This document shows positions 35,084-44,201 of a DNA stretch of 64,000 nt, in pieces. Both the position numbers and the translations under genes were made by a program. Origin of the DNA: Synechococcus sp. UW140 (lineage in GTDB: Bacteria; Actinomycetota; Actinomycetes; Actinomycetales; Microbacteriaceae); contig CALRJN020000012.1 of NCBI GenBank assembly GCA_943367555.1, forward strand, positions 12,335 to 76,334, in the 5' to 3' direction. Each line of letters begins with the position of its first letter. The stretch's first letter is position 1. Below the pieces are notes generated by a model, which was not told where the DNA came from, searched no databases, and worked only from the letters and a program-made list of their open reading frames with translations.

Positions 35084-36489
35084 CGCGGGCGGTAGGTCGT
35101 CGGGGCGAACGCGCGGGCCACGAGCGCACGCAGCGACTCGAGGCTGCCCGACACGAAGCCTTGGGCGCGCGCCTGGATGAGCACGTTGCCGACGGCGGTG
35201 GCCTCGACGGGCCCGGCGACGACGGGCAGCCCGCTCCGATCCGCGGTGAGCTGGCAGAGCAGTTCGTTCTGGGATCCGCCCCCGACGAGGTGGATGACCG
35301 ACACCCGCCGACCCGAGAGCGCGCTCGCCGTGTGCACCGCGTGGGCGAAGGCGTCGGCGAGGGATTCGATGATGCTCCGCGTCAGGGCGATGTGGTCGCG
35401 CGGCACCGCGAGGTCGTGCTCCGTGAGCCACTGCGCGATGCGCCCGGGGAGGTCGCCGGGGGCGAGGAAGCGCGCATCGTTCGCGTCGAACACGGGCACG
35501 GGCTCGGTGAGCGCCGACGCGCGCGCGATGAGGTCGGGCAGGTCGATGGTCTCGCCTGCCGCCTCCCAGGTGCGCACCGATTCGCTGAGCAGCCAGAGCC
35601 CCATCACGTTGTGGAGGAACCGCACGCGGCCGTCGACGCCGCCCTCGTTGGTGAAGTTCGCGGCGCGGCTCGCGTCGGTGGTCACGGGCGAGTCGAGCTC
35701 GACGCCGACGAGTCCCCACGTTCCGCACGAGATGTAGGCGAAATCGTCGGATGCCGCGGGCACCGCGACGACGGCGCTCGCTGTGTCGTGGGAGCCGACC
35801 GCGGTCACGTGCACCTCGTGACGGGCTCCGATCCGCTCCGCGACGGGCGGGAGCAGTGAGCCGATCGTCGTGCCGGGGTCGACGAGCTCGGGGAAGACCG
35901 ACCGCGGCAGAGCCAGCCGCTCGATGAGCGCGTCATCCCATTCGTGAGTGCGCACGCCGAGCAGGCCCGTCGTCGACGCGTTGGTGCGCTCGGCGACCGC
36001 GCGGCCCGTCATCCAGAACCCGATCAGGTCGGGGATCAGCACGAAGCCATCCGCCTCAGCGAGCCGGGCGTCCGCTGCGAACTGGTAGAGCGTGTTGAAG
36101 GGGAGGTGCTGCAGCCCGTTCCGGGCGTAGAGCTCCTCGGGAGCGATGCGGGAGTGAACGGCGGCGACCCCGTGGGCCGTGCGGGCGTCACGGTAGTGGA
36201 ACGGCTCCGCGATCATCCGGCCGCCGCGCAGCAGGCCGTAGTCGACCGCCCAGGAGTCGATGCCGATGCTGCGGATGTCCGGCTCGTCCGCGAGGGCGGC
36301 CGTGATTCCCGAGAGCGCGTGCTCGTACAGCGCCGTGACGTTCCAGTGCAGCCCGTCCGGGTGGGTGACGGGACCGTTGGGGAACCGCGCGACCGGCCGC
36401 ACGCTCAGCTCGTTGTGGCCGACGTGGCCGATCATCACCCGGCCGCTCGTGGCGCCGAGGTCGACGGCCGCGACGGGTGAGGCGTTCAC
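35080..36489 (-). CDS. rhaB: rhamnulokinase
   Basis: GTG 36489 overlaps the upstream TGA (GTGA). VAAVDLGATSGRVM, IGIDSWAVDYGLL, FNTLYQ, VGSHDTASAV, GGGSQNELLCQL: FGGY kinase motifs in the RhaB arrangement. Confidence 0.85.
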   Translation of the reverse strand: MNASPVAAVDLGATSGRVMIGHVGHNELSVRPVARFPNGPVTHPDGLHWNVTALYEHALSGITAALADEPDIRSIGIDSWAVDYGLLRGGRMIAEPFHYRDARTAHGVAAVHSRIAPEELYARNGLQHLPFNTLYQFAADARLAEADGFVLIPDLIGFWMTGRAVAERTNASTTGLLGVRTHEWDDALIERLALPRSVFPELVDPGTTIGSLLPPVAERIGARHEVHVTAVGSHDTASAVVAVPAASDDFAYISCGTWGLVGVELDSPVTTDASRAANFTNEGGVDGRVRFLHNVMGLWLLSESVRTWEAAGETIDLPDLIARASALTEPVPVFDANDARFLAPGDLPGRIAQWLTEHDLAVPRDHIALTRSIIESLADAFAHAVHTASALSGRRVSVIHLVGGGSQNELLCQLTADRSGLPVVAGPVEATAVGNVLIQARAQGFVSGSLESLRALVARAFAPTTYRPR

Positions 36490-38519
36490 CGCAGGAACGC
36501 GGCCGCGACCCCGGCATCCACGGGTATGTGGAGTCCGGTCGTGTGCGACAGGTCGGGTCCGGTGAGCACGGAGACGGCGTTGGCGACGTTCTCGGGCAGC
36601 ACCTCGCGCTTGAGGATGGTGCGCTGGGCGTAGAACTTGCCGAGGTCCTGCTCCTCGATGCCGTAAGTCTTGGCCCGGTTGGCGCCCCAGCCGGCGGCGA
36701 AGATGCCGGAGCCGCGCACGACGCCGTCGGGGTTGATGCCGTTGACCTTGATCCCGTGCTCGCCGAGCTCGACGGCCAGCAGGCGCACCTGGTGGGCCTG
36801 GTCGGCCTTGGTCGCCGAGTAGGCGATGTTGTTGGGTCCGGCGAACACGGAGTTCTTCGACGAGATGTAGATAACGTCGCCGCCCATCTGCTGCTCGATG
36901 AGCACGGGCGCGGTGGCCTTGGACACGAGGAACGAGCCCTTGGCCATAATGTCGTGCTGGAAGTCCCAGTCCTGTTCGGTGGTCTCCAGCAGCGGCTTGG
37001 AGAGCGAGACTCCGGCGTTGTTGACGACGATGTCGAGGCCGCCGAAGGCGAGCACGGCATCCTGCACCATCTGCTCGATCGCGGCCGCGTCGGTCACGTT
37101 CACCTGGAGGCCGATCGCGACATCCGTTCCGCCGATCTCGGCCGCCGCAGCCTGCGCCTTGGCGAGGTCGAGGTCGGCGATGATCACGCACGCGCCGTCC
37201 GCGGCCAGGCGCGTGGCGATGGCCTTGCCGATGCCGGATGCGGCGCCCGTGACGAGGGCGACGCGGGTGGCGTGCGACTTCGGCTTCGGCAGGCGCGCGA
37301 GCTTGGCCTCCTCGAGCGCCCAGTACTCGATGCGGAACTTCTCCGCGTCGCTGATGGGCGCGTAGGTCGAGATCGCCTCGGCCCCGCGCATGACGTTGAT
37401 CGCGTTGACGTAGAACTCCCCGGCCACACGGGCGGTCTGCTTGGTCGCGCCGTAGCTGAACATGCCCACACCGGGCACGAGAACGATGAGCGGATCGGCG
37501 CCGCGCATGGCGGGGCTGTCGGCGACCGCGTGCTTCTCGTAGTAGCTCGTGTACTCCCGGCGGTACGCCTCGTGCAGCTCCTTCAGGCGGGCGAGGGATG
37601 CCTCGACGCTCGCATTGGCCGGCAGGTCGAGCAGCATCGGTGTGACCTTGGTGCGCAGGAAGTGGTCGGGGCAGCTCGTGCCCAAGGCGGCCAGCGCCGG
37701 GGCTTTCGCCGACGCGAGGAAGTCGAGCACGACGTCCGCGTCGGTGAAGTGGCCGACCATCGGGCGGTCATGGCTGGCGATCCCGCGGATCGTCGCCGCG
37801 AGGGCGGCGGCTTTGGCGCGCCGCTCGGCCCCGGGCAGGGCCGCGTTCTTCTTGACCGTGGCGCCGAAGGGGTTCTTCGTCCCCTGGGTCGCGATGTAGC
37901 GCTCCGCGGTCCCGATGATCCAGAGGCTGTTCTTCTCGGCCTCCTCCGACGTGTCACCCCACGCGGTGATGCCGTGGCCGCCGAGGATGCAGCCGATCGC
38001 CTGCGGGTTGGCCTTCTTGATCGCGGCGATGTCGAGCCCGAGCTGGAAGCCGGGACGGCGCCAGTCGACCCAGACGACCTTGTCGCCGAAGGCCTTCTGC
38101 GTGAGCTTCGCGCCATCCTTCGCGGTGGCGAACGCGATGCCGGAATCGGGGTGGAGGTGATCGACGTGGGCGGCATCCACGAGCCCGTGCATCGCGGTGT
38201 CGATCGACGGTGCCGCACCGCCCTTGCCGTGGAGCGTGTAGTCGAAGGCGGCGACCATCTCGTCCTCGCGCTCGACACCGGGGTAGACATCGACGAGGGC
38301 GCGCAGGCGGTCGACGCGCAGCACGGCCAGGCCTGCCTCGGTCAGGGTGCCGAGGTCGCCCCCGGAGCCCTTCACCCACATCAGCTCGATGGGGTCGCCC
38401 GTCACGGGGTCGGTCTCGAGGCCCTTGGCGGAGGTGTTGCCGCCGGCGTAGTTGGTGACGCGCGGGTCGGAGCCGAGACGGTTGGAGCGGGCGAGCAGGT
38501 CGGCGGCGGCCTTGTTCAT
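36486..38519 (-). CDS. bifunctional rhamnulose-1-phosphate aldolase / short-chain (lactaldehyde) dehydrogenase (RhaEW type)
   Basis: Start cat 38517..38519. N-terminal class II aldolase domain (NYAGGNTSAK, HLHPD) fused to a C-terminal SDR (VTGAASGIGKA, YSATKA). 677 aa. Confidence 0.85.
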   Translation of the reverse strand: MNKAAADLLARSNRLGSDPRVTNYAGGNTSAKGLETDPVTGDPIELMWVKGSGGDLGTLTEAGLAVLRVDRLRALVDVYPGVEREDEMVAAFDYTLHGKGGAAPSIDTAMHGLVDAAHVDHLHPDSGIAFATAKDGAKLTQKAFGDKVVWVDWRRPGFQLGLDIAAIKKANPQAIGCILGGHGITAWGDTSEEAEKNSLWIIGTAERYIATQGTKNPFGATVKKNAALPGAERRAKAAALAATIRGIASHDRPMVGHFTDADVVLDFLASAKAPALAALGTSCPDHFLRTKVTPMLLDLPANASVEASLARLKELHEAYRREYTSYYEKHAVADSPAMRGADPLIVLVPGVGMFSYGATKQTARVAGEFYVNAINVMRGAEAISTYAPISDAEKFRIEYWALEEAKLARLPKPKSHATRVALVTGAASGIGKAIATRLAADGACVIIADLDLAKAQAAAAEIGGTDVAIGLQVNVTDAAAIEQMVQDAVLAFGGLDIVVNNAGVSLSKPLLETTEQDWDFQHDIMAKGSFLVSKATAPVLIEQQMGGDVIYISSKNSVFAGPNNIAYSATKADQAHQVRLLAVELGEHGIKVNGINPDGVVRGSGIFAAGWGANRAKTYGIEEQDLGKFYAQRTILKREVLPENVANAVSVLTGPDLSHTTGLHIPVDAGVAAAFLR

Positions 38520-38524
38520 GGCGG

Positions 38525-39694
38525 TCACGCTCCCCAGCCCGCCTGCACACCACCGACGCGCTCGGCGGCGATCCTCGCGAGGTGGCCCGAGGCCAGGTAC
38601 GCGGCCATCGGGTCGCCGGGCAGACCGCGGCCCTCCCGCCACGCCGCGAGCGCGGGGCGCACATCCGTGTAGAACGCGTCCATGAGGATGCCGTTGGCCG
38701 CGAGCACGTCGCCCGCGACCTCCGCGCCGTCGAGCGCGTCCTGGTCGACGAGGAGCGCGCGCGCCGTCATCTCCTGCACGTTGAGCACGGAGCGGATCTG
38801 GCCGGGGATCTTGTCCTCCACGTTGTGGCACTGGTCGAGCATGAAGGCCACGGGCGAGCCGGGGCCGTAGCCGCCGCCGCGCACGACCTGGTGGATGATG
38901 CGGAACAGCTGGAAGGGGTCCGCCGCGCCCACGATCAGGTCGTCGTCGGCGTAGAAGCGCGAGTTGAAGTCGAAGGAGCCGAGCTTGCCCAGGCGCAGCA
39001 GCTGCATGACGATGAACTCGATGTTGGTGCCGGGCGCGTGGTGCCCGGTGTCGAGGCACACGAGGGCACGGTCTCCGAGGGCGGCGACCTGGGCGTAGCT
39101 CGTCCCCCAGTCCGGAACGTCGGTGTGGTAGAACGCCGGCTCGAAGAACTTGTACTCGAGCACAAGACGCTGGTTCTCGCCGATGCGGGCGTAGATCTTC
39201 TGGAGCGAGTCGGCGAGGCGGTCCTGGCGACCGCGGAGATCGGCCTGGCCGGGGTAGTTCGTGCCGTCGGCGAGCCAGATCTTGAGGTCGCGCGATCCGG
39301 TCGCGTTCATGATGTCGATGCACTCGAAGTGGTGGTCGATCGCCTTCTGGCGGATGACCGGGTCGATATGCGTGAGGCTGCCGAACTTGTAGGCCTCGTC
39401 CTGGAACGTGTTGGAGTTGATCGTGCCGAGGCTCACCCCGAGATCGTTCGCGAAGGCGGAGAGGGCGGCATAGTCATCCACCTTGTCCCACGGGATATGA
39501 AGGGCGACCGTCGGGGCGAGCGCGGTGAGCTCGTTGACCTTGGCGGCATCCGCGATCTTCTCCTGCGGCGTGCGCGGCGTGCCCGCGGTGGGGAAGACCT
39601 TGAACCGGGTGCCGGAGTTGCCGAAGGCCCACGAGGGGAGTTCGATGGCCTGCGCTTCGAGCTGCACGGCGATCGAATCGAAGGTGTGGGTCAT
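38525..39694 (-). CDS. rhaI: L-rhamnose isomerase (actinobacterial / P. stutzeri type, xylose-isomerase-like TIM barrel)
   Basis: Start cat 39692..39694. IELPSWAFGNSGTRF, LHIPWD, LEYKFFEP, CLDTGHH motifs. First gene of the minus-strand operon. Confidence 0.85.
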   Translation of the reverse strand: MTHTFDSIAVQLEAQAIELPSWAFGNSGTRFKVFPTAGTPRTPQEKIADAAKVNELTALAPTVALHIPWDKVDDYAALSAFANDLGVSLGTINSNTFQDEAYKFGSLTHIDPVIRQKAIDHHFECIDIMNATGSRDLKIWLADGTNYPGQADLRGRQDRLADSLQKIYARIGENQRLVLEYKFFEPAFYHTDVPDWGTSYAQVAALGDRALVCLDTGHHAPGTNIEFIVMQLLRLGKLGSFDFNSRFYADDDLIVGAADPFQLFRIIHQVVRGGGYGPGSPVAFMLDQCHNVEDKIPGQIRSVLNVQEMTARALLVDQDALDGAEVAGDVLAANGILMDAFYTDVRPALAAWREGRGLPGDPMAAYLASGHLARIAAERVGGVQAGWGA

Positions 39695-39712
39695 CGTGGT
39701 TCCTGTTCGCCT

Positions 39713-39726
39713 TTGAATCGTTTCAA
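39713..39726. promoter_or_regulatory. LacI-family operator-like palindrome TTGAATCGTTTCAA upstream of rhaI
   Basis: Arms TTGAA/TTCAA around a CG core, 19 nt upstream of the rhaI start codon. Confidence 0.5.
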
Positions 39727-39802
39727 GTTCCCGATGATCATAGACGCGGATCGGGTATCGACACAATACTGCGCAAGGGTGCCGGCACCCGCGTGGCAGA
39801 AT

Positions 39803-39813
39803 TGAACGATTCA
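39803..39813. promoter_or_regulatory. second related half-palindrome TGAACGATTCA upstream of the LacI regulator
   Basis: Shares GAA(A)CGATTCA with the reverse complement of the first site. Lies between the GTG at 39793 and the ATG at 39826. Confidence 0.4.
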
Positions 39814-39825
39814 TTCGGCGAAGGG

Positions 39826-40839
39826 ATGCCCGTGGCAACGGCGAGCGTGCGTGACGTGGCCCTCCGAGCCGGCGTCTCCGTGGGAACCGTCTCCAACGTG
39901 CTCAACCATCCCGACAAGGTGCTCCCCGAAACCGTCGCGCGGGTGCAGGAGTCGATCGCCGCGCTGGGATTCATCCGCAACGACGCGGCCCGGCAGTTGC
40001 GGGCCGGCCGAAGCAAGTCGGTCGGGCTCATCGTGCTCGACGTGCGCAACCCGTTCTTCACCGACCTCGCGCGCGGCGCCGAGGATCGGGCGAGCGACTC
40101 GGGCCTCTCGGTCATCCTCGGCAACAGCGACGACAGCGAGGCTCGCGAGAGCACCTACCTCGATCTGTTCGAGGAGCAGCGCGTGCACGGCGTGCTCATC
40201 TCCCCCTATGGCGAGATCACGGCGCGGCTCACCCGGTTGCGTGAGCGCGGCATCCCCGCGGTGCTCGTCGACCGCAGCGGGGATGACGGCGGCTTCAGCT
40301 CCGTCTCGGTGGACGATGTCGCCGGGGGGCGCCTGGCGGTCGAGCACCTGCTGGCTCAGGGGCGCACCCGGATCGCGTTCGTGGCCGGGAGCCTCGGCAT
40401 CCGACAGATCGTCGACCGGCTCGCGGGCGCCCGCGCGGCCGTGGACGCGCACAGTGGCGCCACCCTCGAGGTGGTGGGCATCGACGCCCTCACGGTGCTC
40501 GCCGGACGTGCCGCCGGCGAGAGCATCGCAGGGCGGGCCCCGCAGGAGCGTCCCGACGGCATCTTCGCCGCCAACGACCTCGTGGCGATGGGTGTGCTGC
40601 AGGCCCTCGTGATGCAGGGCGACGTTCGGGTGCCCGAGCAGATCGCCCTCGTCGGGTACGACGACATCGACTTCGCGGCCGCCGCCGTCGTGCCCCTCAC
40701 CTCGGTGCGCCAGCCCAGCCGTGAGATCGGCAGCACGGCCATCGAGATCCTCCTCGAGGAGGCCGCAGACCCGACACTGGCGCCGAGACAGATCGTGTTC
40801 CAGCCCGAACTGGTGGTGCGGGCATCCACCGTCTCCTGA
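39826..40839 (+). CDS. LacI family transcriptional regulator (probable rhamnose regulon repressor)
   Basis: MPVATASVRDVALRAGVSVGTVSNVLNHP HTH at the N-terminus. I prefer ATG 39826 over track GTG 39793 because LacI HTHs sit at the extreme N-terminus and an operator-like site lies at 39803. Confidence 0.8.
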   Translation: MPVATASVRDVALRAGVSVGTVSNVLNHPDKVLPETVARVQESIAALGFIRNDAARQLRAGRSKSVGLIVLDVRNPFFTDLARGAEDRASDSGLSVILGNSDDSEARESTYLDLFEEQRVHGVLISPYGEITARLTRLRERGIPAVLVDRSGDDGGFSSVSVDDVAGGRLAVEHLLAQGRTRIAFVAGSLGIRQIVDRLAGARAAVDAHSGATLEVVGIDALTVLAGRAAGESIAGRAPQERPDGIFAANDLVAMGVLQALVMQGDVRVPEQIALVGYDDIDFAAAAVVPLTSVRQPSREIGSTAIEILLEEAADPTLAPRQIVFQPELVVRASTVS

Positions 40840-40898
40840 TCCCGGTCGTCGGGGCGAGCCTCGCGCTCGCGCTGACGGGATGTGCCGGGACCCCCGCG

Positions 40899-41606
40899 GT
40901 GTTCCCCGCCGGCGCCGTCGCCGACTACCAGCTCGGCGGGGCCTACGACCCGACGGAGGGCGTCACCGTCGTCGCGCGCGACAGCACCGAACAGCCTGCG
41001 GAGGGCCTCTACTCGATCTGCTACGTCAACGGCTTCCAGACGCAGCCCGGCGACGACTGGCCAGACGACCTGCTCGTGCAGGTCGACGGGGAGCCGCTGG
41101 TCGACCCGAACTGGCCCGACGAGCGCGTCATCGACATCTCGTCCGACCAATCGAGAGCGGATGCCGCCGCCCGCCTCGTCCCCGTGCTCGAGCGCTGCGC
41201 TAGTGCGGGCTTCGACGCCGTGGAGTTCGACAACCTCGACTCGTACACGCGCTCGGAGGGCCAGCTCACCCTTGAGCACGCCGTCACGTTCGCGACCCTG
41301 CTGGTGAAGCAGGCCCACGAGCTCGGCCTCGCGGCCGGGCAGAAGAATACGTCCGAGCTCGGCGCTCGCGGGCGCGACGAGATCGGCTTCGATTTCGCCG
41401 TCGTGGAGGAGTGCGCCGTCTTCGACGAGTGCGCCGACTACACCGACGTCTACGGCGACGCCGTGATCGCCATCGAGTACACCGACGCCCTCCCGCGCCC
41501 GTTCGCCGAGGTGTGCGCCGACCCCGCGACCCCCGCCACGACGATCCTCCGCGACCGGATGCTTACCCCGCGGGGCCATCCCGATCATGTCTATGGGCAC
41601 TGCTGA
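40899..41606 (+). CDS. glycoside hydrolase family 114-like protein (endo-alpha-1,4-polygalactosaminidase family), probable lipoprotein
   Basis: DYQLGGAYDP..GV.VVARD...YSICYVNGFQTQP...WPDE.VIDI...GFDAVEFDNLDSY pattern. The in-frame upstream sequence encodes HRLLIPVVGASLALALTGC (lipobox) with no ATG/GTG/TTG, so the true start is uncertain (see finding). Confidence 0.6.
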   Translation: MFPAGAVADYQLGGAYDPTEGVTVVARDSTEQPAEGLYSICYVNGFQTQPGDDWPDDLLVQVDGEPLVDPNWPDERVIDISSDQSRADAAARLVPVLERCASAGFDAVEFDNLDSYTRSEGQLTLEHAVTFATLLVKQAHELGLAAGQKNTSELGARGRDEIGFDFAVVEECAVFDECADYTDVYGDAVIAIEYTDALPRPFAEVCADPATPATTILRDRMLTPRGHPDHVYGHC

Positions 41607-41629
41607 GCTGATTCCGCCAGAATGAAGCC

Positions 41630-42070
41630 ATGCCCCTGACTGGTGAGTACGAACCGAGCACGTCCGACTGGGCCCGCGAGCAGGCCGAGCTGATCGAAGC
41701 GACGGGGGGTGCTCAGGGCGCTGACTTCCGTGGAATGGGAGTGATCGTGCTCACGACCGTCGGCGCGAAGACCGGCAAACTGCGCAAGACGGCCCTCATG
41801 CGGGTGGAGCACGAAGGGGTCTATGCAGTCGTCGCGTCCCTCGGGGGAGCGCCGAAGCATCCGGCCTGGTACTTCAATGTCGTGGCGCAGCCCCACGTCG
41901 AGCTGCAGGACGGCCCGGTCAAGCGCGACTACCGGGCGCGCGAGGTCACGGGCGCCGAGAAGGCGATCTGGTGGGAGCGCGCGGTCGCGGCGTACCCGCC
42001 CTACGCCGACTACCAGGAGAACACCGAGCGGCAGATCCCGGTGTTCGTGCTGGAGCCGTTCGACGCGTAG
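41630..42070 (+). CDS. nitroreductase-family deazaflavin-dependent oxidoreductase (DUF385), second copy
   Basis: [43 protein letters not shown]...[10 protein letters not shown]. Confidence 0.8.
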   Translation: MPLTGEYEPSTSDWAREQAELIEATGGAQGADFRGMGVIVLTTVGAKTGKLRKTALMRVEHEGVYAVVASLGGAPKHPAWYFNVVAQPHVELQDGPVKRDYRAREVTGAEKAIWWERAVAAYPPYADYQENTERQIPVFVLEPFDA

Positions 42071-42104
42071 CCGCTCGGACCGCCAACTGGCGTAATGTGT
42101 CTGC

Positions 42105-43469
42105 GTGCCCAGCACGAGTCCGCTCTCTCCGCGCACGCGCGGCTGGCGTCGACCGCACCCGGCGCAATGGACGGTAGGCGGATTCGCCGTCGGCATCCTC
42201 GTGGGAACCGGACTCCTTCTGCTGCCGATCTCGAAGGCCGGGCCGGGGGGTGCGACCTTCATCGAGGCGTTCTTCACCGCCGTCTCCGCGCTGTGCGTGA
42301 CCGGGCACATCATCGTCGACACCCCGGTCTACTGGTCGGGGTTCGGTCAGGTCGTGATCATGCTCCTGATCCAGGTCGGCGGCTTCGGGGTGATGACCTT
42401 CGCGTCGATCATCGGCATCGCCGTCGTGCGGCGCCTCTCGCTCGCCTCGCGACTGAACACGGCGGCCGAGACCCGGGCGCTCGGGCTCGAAGACGTGAAG
42501 TCGCTCGTGCTGAACGTGCTGCGCATCTCGCTCGTGATCGAGGGAGTCGTCGCCGTGATCCTCTTCCTCTGGTTCTGGCTGCACTACGGCAAGTCCGCTG
42601 GCGAGGCGGCCTGGATCGCGGTCTTCCACGCGGTCTCGTCGTTCAACAACGCCGGGTTCTCGCTGTTCAGCGACAACATGATCGGGTACGTTTCCGATCC
42701 TGTGGTCTCGCTCACGCTGGCGGCCGCGATCATCCTCGGCGGTCTCGGATTCCCCGTGATCATGCAGCTGCGCAAGCACCGTCACTCGATCCTGCGCTGG
42801 ACGATGAACACCCGCATCGTGCTCTTCGCGACCGTCGTTCTCCTCGTCGGCGGCACCGTCTACATCACGGCGATCGAGTGGTCGAATCCCGCGACCCTCG
42901 GTCCTCTCGACTGGCCCGCCAAGATCCTGGCCGGCTTCTTCCAGTCCGTGCAGACCCGCACCGCCGGATTCAACAGCGTCGACATCGGGGGGATGCACGA
43001 AGCCACGCAACTCGGCATGAGCGCTCTCATGTTCATCGGCGCGGGCCCGGCCGGCACCGCGGGCGGCATCAAGGTCACGACCTTCGCCGTGCTGCTCTTC
43101 ATCCTCGTCGCGGAGGTGCGCGGCGAGGGCGTCGTCAACGTCTTCGGCAAGCGACTCTCCCGCGCGGTGCACCGTCAGGCCATCTCGGTCGCGCTGCTCG
43201 CGATGGCCGTCGTCATGGCCGGCACCGTCTCGATCATGCTCATGACCGGCCTGCCCCTCTCCCCCGTGCTGTTCGAGGTGATCTCGGCGTTCGGTACCGT
43301 GGGTCTCTCCACCGGCATCACCGCGAACCTCCCGGTCGGCGCGCAGCTCATCCTGTGCGCGCTCATGTTCATCGGCCGCCTCGGCCCCGTCACCTTCGCC
43401 GCCGCCCTCGCCCTCCGCGAGCGTCAGGTGCTCTACCAGCTCCCCAAGGAAAGGCCGATCATTGGTTAA
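42105..43469 (+). CDS. trkH: TrkH/KtrB family potassium uptake membrane subunit
   Basis: 454 aa. Repeated pore-loop motifs (TGH, NAGFS, TAGFN, TVGLSTG). Confidence 0.9.
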   Translation: MPSTSPLSPRTRGWRRPHPAQWTVGGFAVGILVGTGLLLLPISKAGPGGATFIEAFFTAVSALCVTGHIIVDTPVYWSGFGQVVIMLLIQVGGFGVMTFASIIGIAVVRRLSLASRLNTAAETRALGLEDVKSLVLNVLRISLVIEGVVAVILFLWFWLHYGKSAGEAAWIAVFHAVSSFNNAGFSLFSDNMIGYVSDPVVSLTLAAAIILGGLGFPVIMQLRKHRHSILRWTMNTRIVLFATVVLLVGGTVYITAIEWSNPATLGPLDWPAKILAGFFQSVQTRTAGFNSVDIGGMHEATQLGMSALMFIGAGPAGTAGGIKVTTFAVLLFILVAEVRGEGVVNVFGKRLSRAVHRQAISVALLAMAVVMAGTVSIMLMTGLPLSPVLFEVISAFGTVGLSTGITANLPVGAQLILCALMFIGRLGPVTFAAALALRERQVLYQLPKERPIIG

Positions 43470-44157
43470 ACTGCGCGTCTTCGGATCCGAGACCGAGAAG
43501 GTCGCCCAGGCCGACTCGGTGGCCGTCATCGGGCTCGGCCGCTTCGGCCGGGCCCTCGCCCTCGAGCTCATGGCCAACGGCACCGAGGTGCTGGGGATCG
43601 ACACGAGCGAGGACATCGTCCAGGACCTCAACGGCAAGCTCACGCACGTCGTGATGGCCGACACCACGAAGGAGGAGGTGCTGCGCCAGCTCTCCGTGCC
43701 CGAGTTCGACCGCGTGGTCGTCGCGATCGGCAGCGACGTGCAGGCGAGCATCCTCACCACCTCGTTGCTGCTGCGGTTCGACATCAAGCACCTCTGGGCG
43801 AAGGCGGTGAGTGAAGCGCACGGCACGATCCTCGAGCAGCTCGGAGTGAAGCACGTCATCTATCCCGAGAGCGACATGGGCCGTCGCGTCGCGCACCTCG
43901 TGCGGGGGTCGATGCAGGACTTCCTCGACATCGGGGAGGACTTCTCGCTCGTCAAGATGGCGCCGCCCGCTCTTGTGGTCGGCAAGACCCTCGCCGAGTC
44001 CGGCATCCGCACCAAGCAGAAGGTCACCGTCGTGGCGGTGAAGAAGCCCGGCGGCAAGTGGAACTACACGACCCCGGAGACGGTCATCGACGCTGGGGAC
44101 ACCATGCTCGTCGCGGGCGCGACCGAAAGGGCGGAGGCGTTCAGCCAGCTGCGATAG
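43462..44157 (+). CDS. trkA: TrkA/KtrA family potassium uptake regulatory subunit (RCK)
   Basis: VAVIGLGRFGRALALEL Rossmann motif plus a TrkA-C domain. The TTG start overlaps the trkH stop by 8 nt; a later start is possible. Confidence 0.85.
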   Translation: MVKLRVFGSETEKVAQADSVAVIGLGRFGRALALELMANGTEVLGIDTSEDIVQDLNGKLTHVVMADTTKEEVLRQLSVPEFDRVVVAIGSDVQASILTTSLLLRFDIKHLWAKAVSEAHGTILEQLGVKHVIYPESDMGRRVAHLVRGSMQDFLDIGEDFSLVKMAPPALVVGKTLAESGIRTKQKVTVVAVKKPGGKWNYTTPETVIDAGDTMLVAGATERAEAFSQLR

Positions 44158-44172
44158 TCATGTAAATAGTGT

Positions 44173-44201
44173 TTGACATGGTGTCTACAAAACCGTACTC
44201 T
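44173..44201 (+). promoter_or_regulatory. sigma-70 (HrdB)-like promoter TTGACA-17 nt-TACTCT
   Basis: Read directly in the AT-rich island 44158..44280. -35 at 44173..44178, -10 at 44196..44201, ~80 nt before ATG 44281. Confidence 0.5.

Noticed and set aside
36477-38672. 731-aa plus-strand ORF, plus similar long ORFs at 61402..63546 (+), 46303..48993 (-), 41946..43859 (-), 8250..10331 (-), 4221..6167 (-) and 5866..7692 (-)
   Set aside because: All are antisense or out-of-frame shadows of confidently identified genes (rha aldolase/dehydrogenase, DHA2 MFS, APC permease and ATP-grasp, trkH, GH3, surface proteins). Their composition is dominated by R, G, D, H and P.
42071-42104. c-di-AMP (ydaO/kimA-type) riboswitch upstream of trkH
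   Set aside because: The intergenic space is 34 nt and cannot hold the riboswitch.
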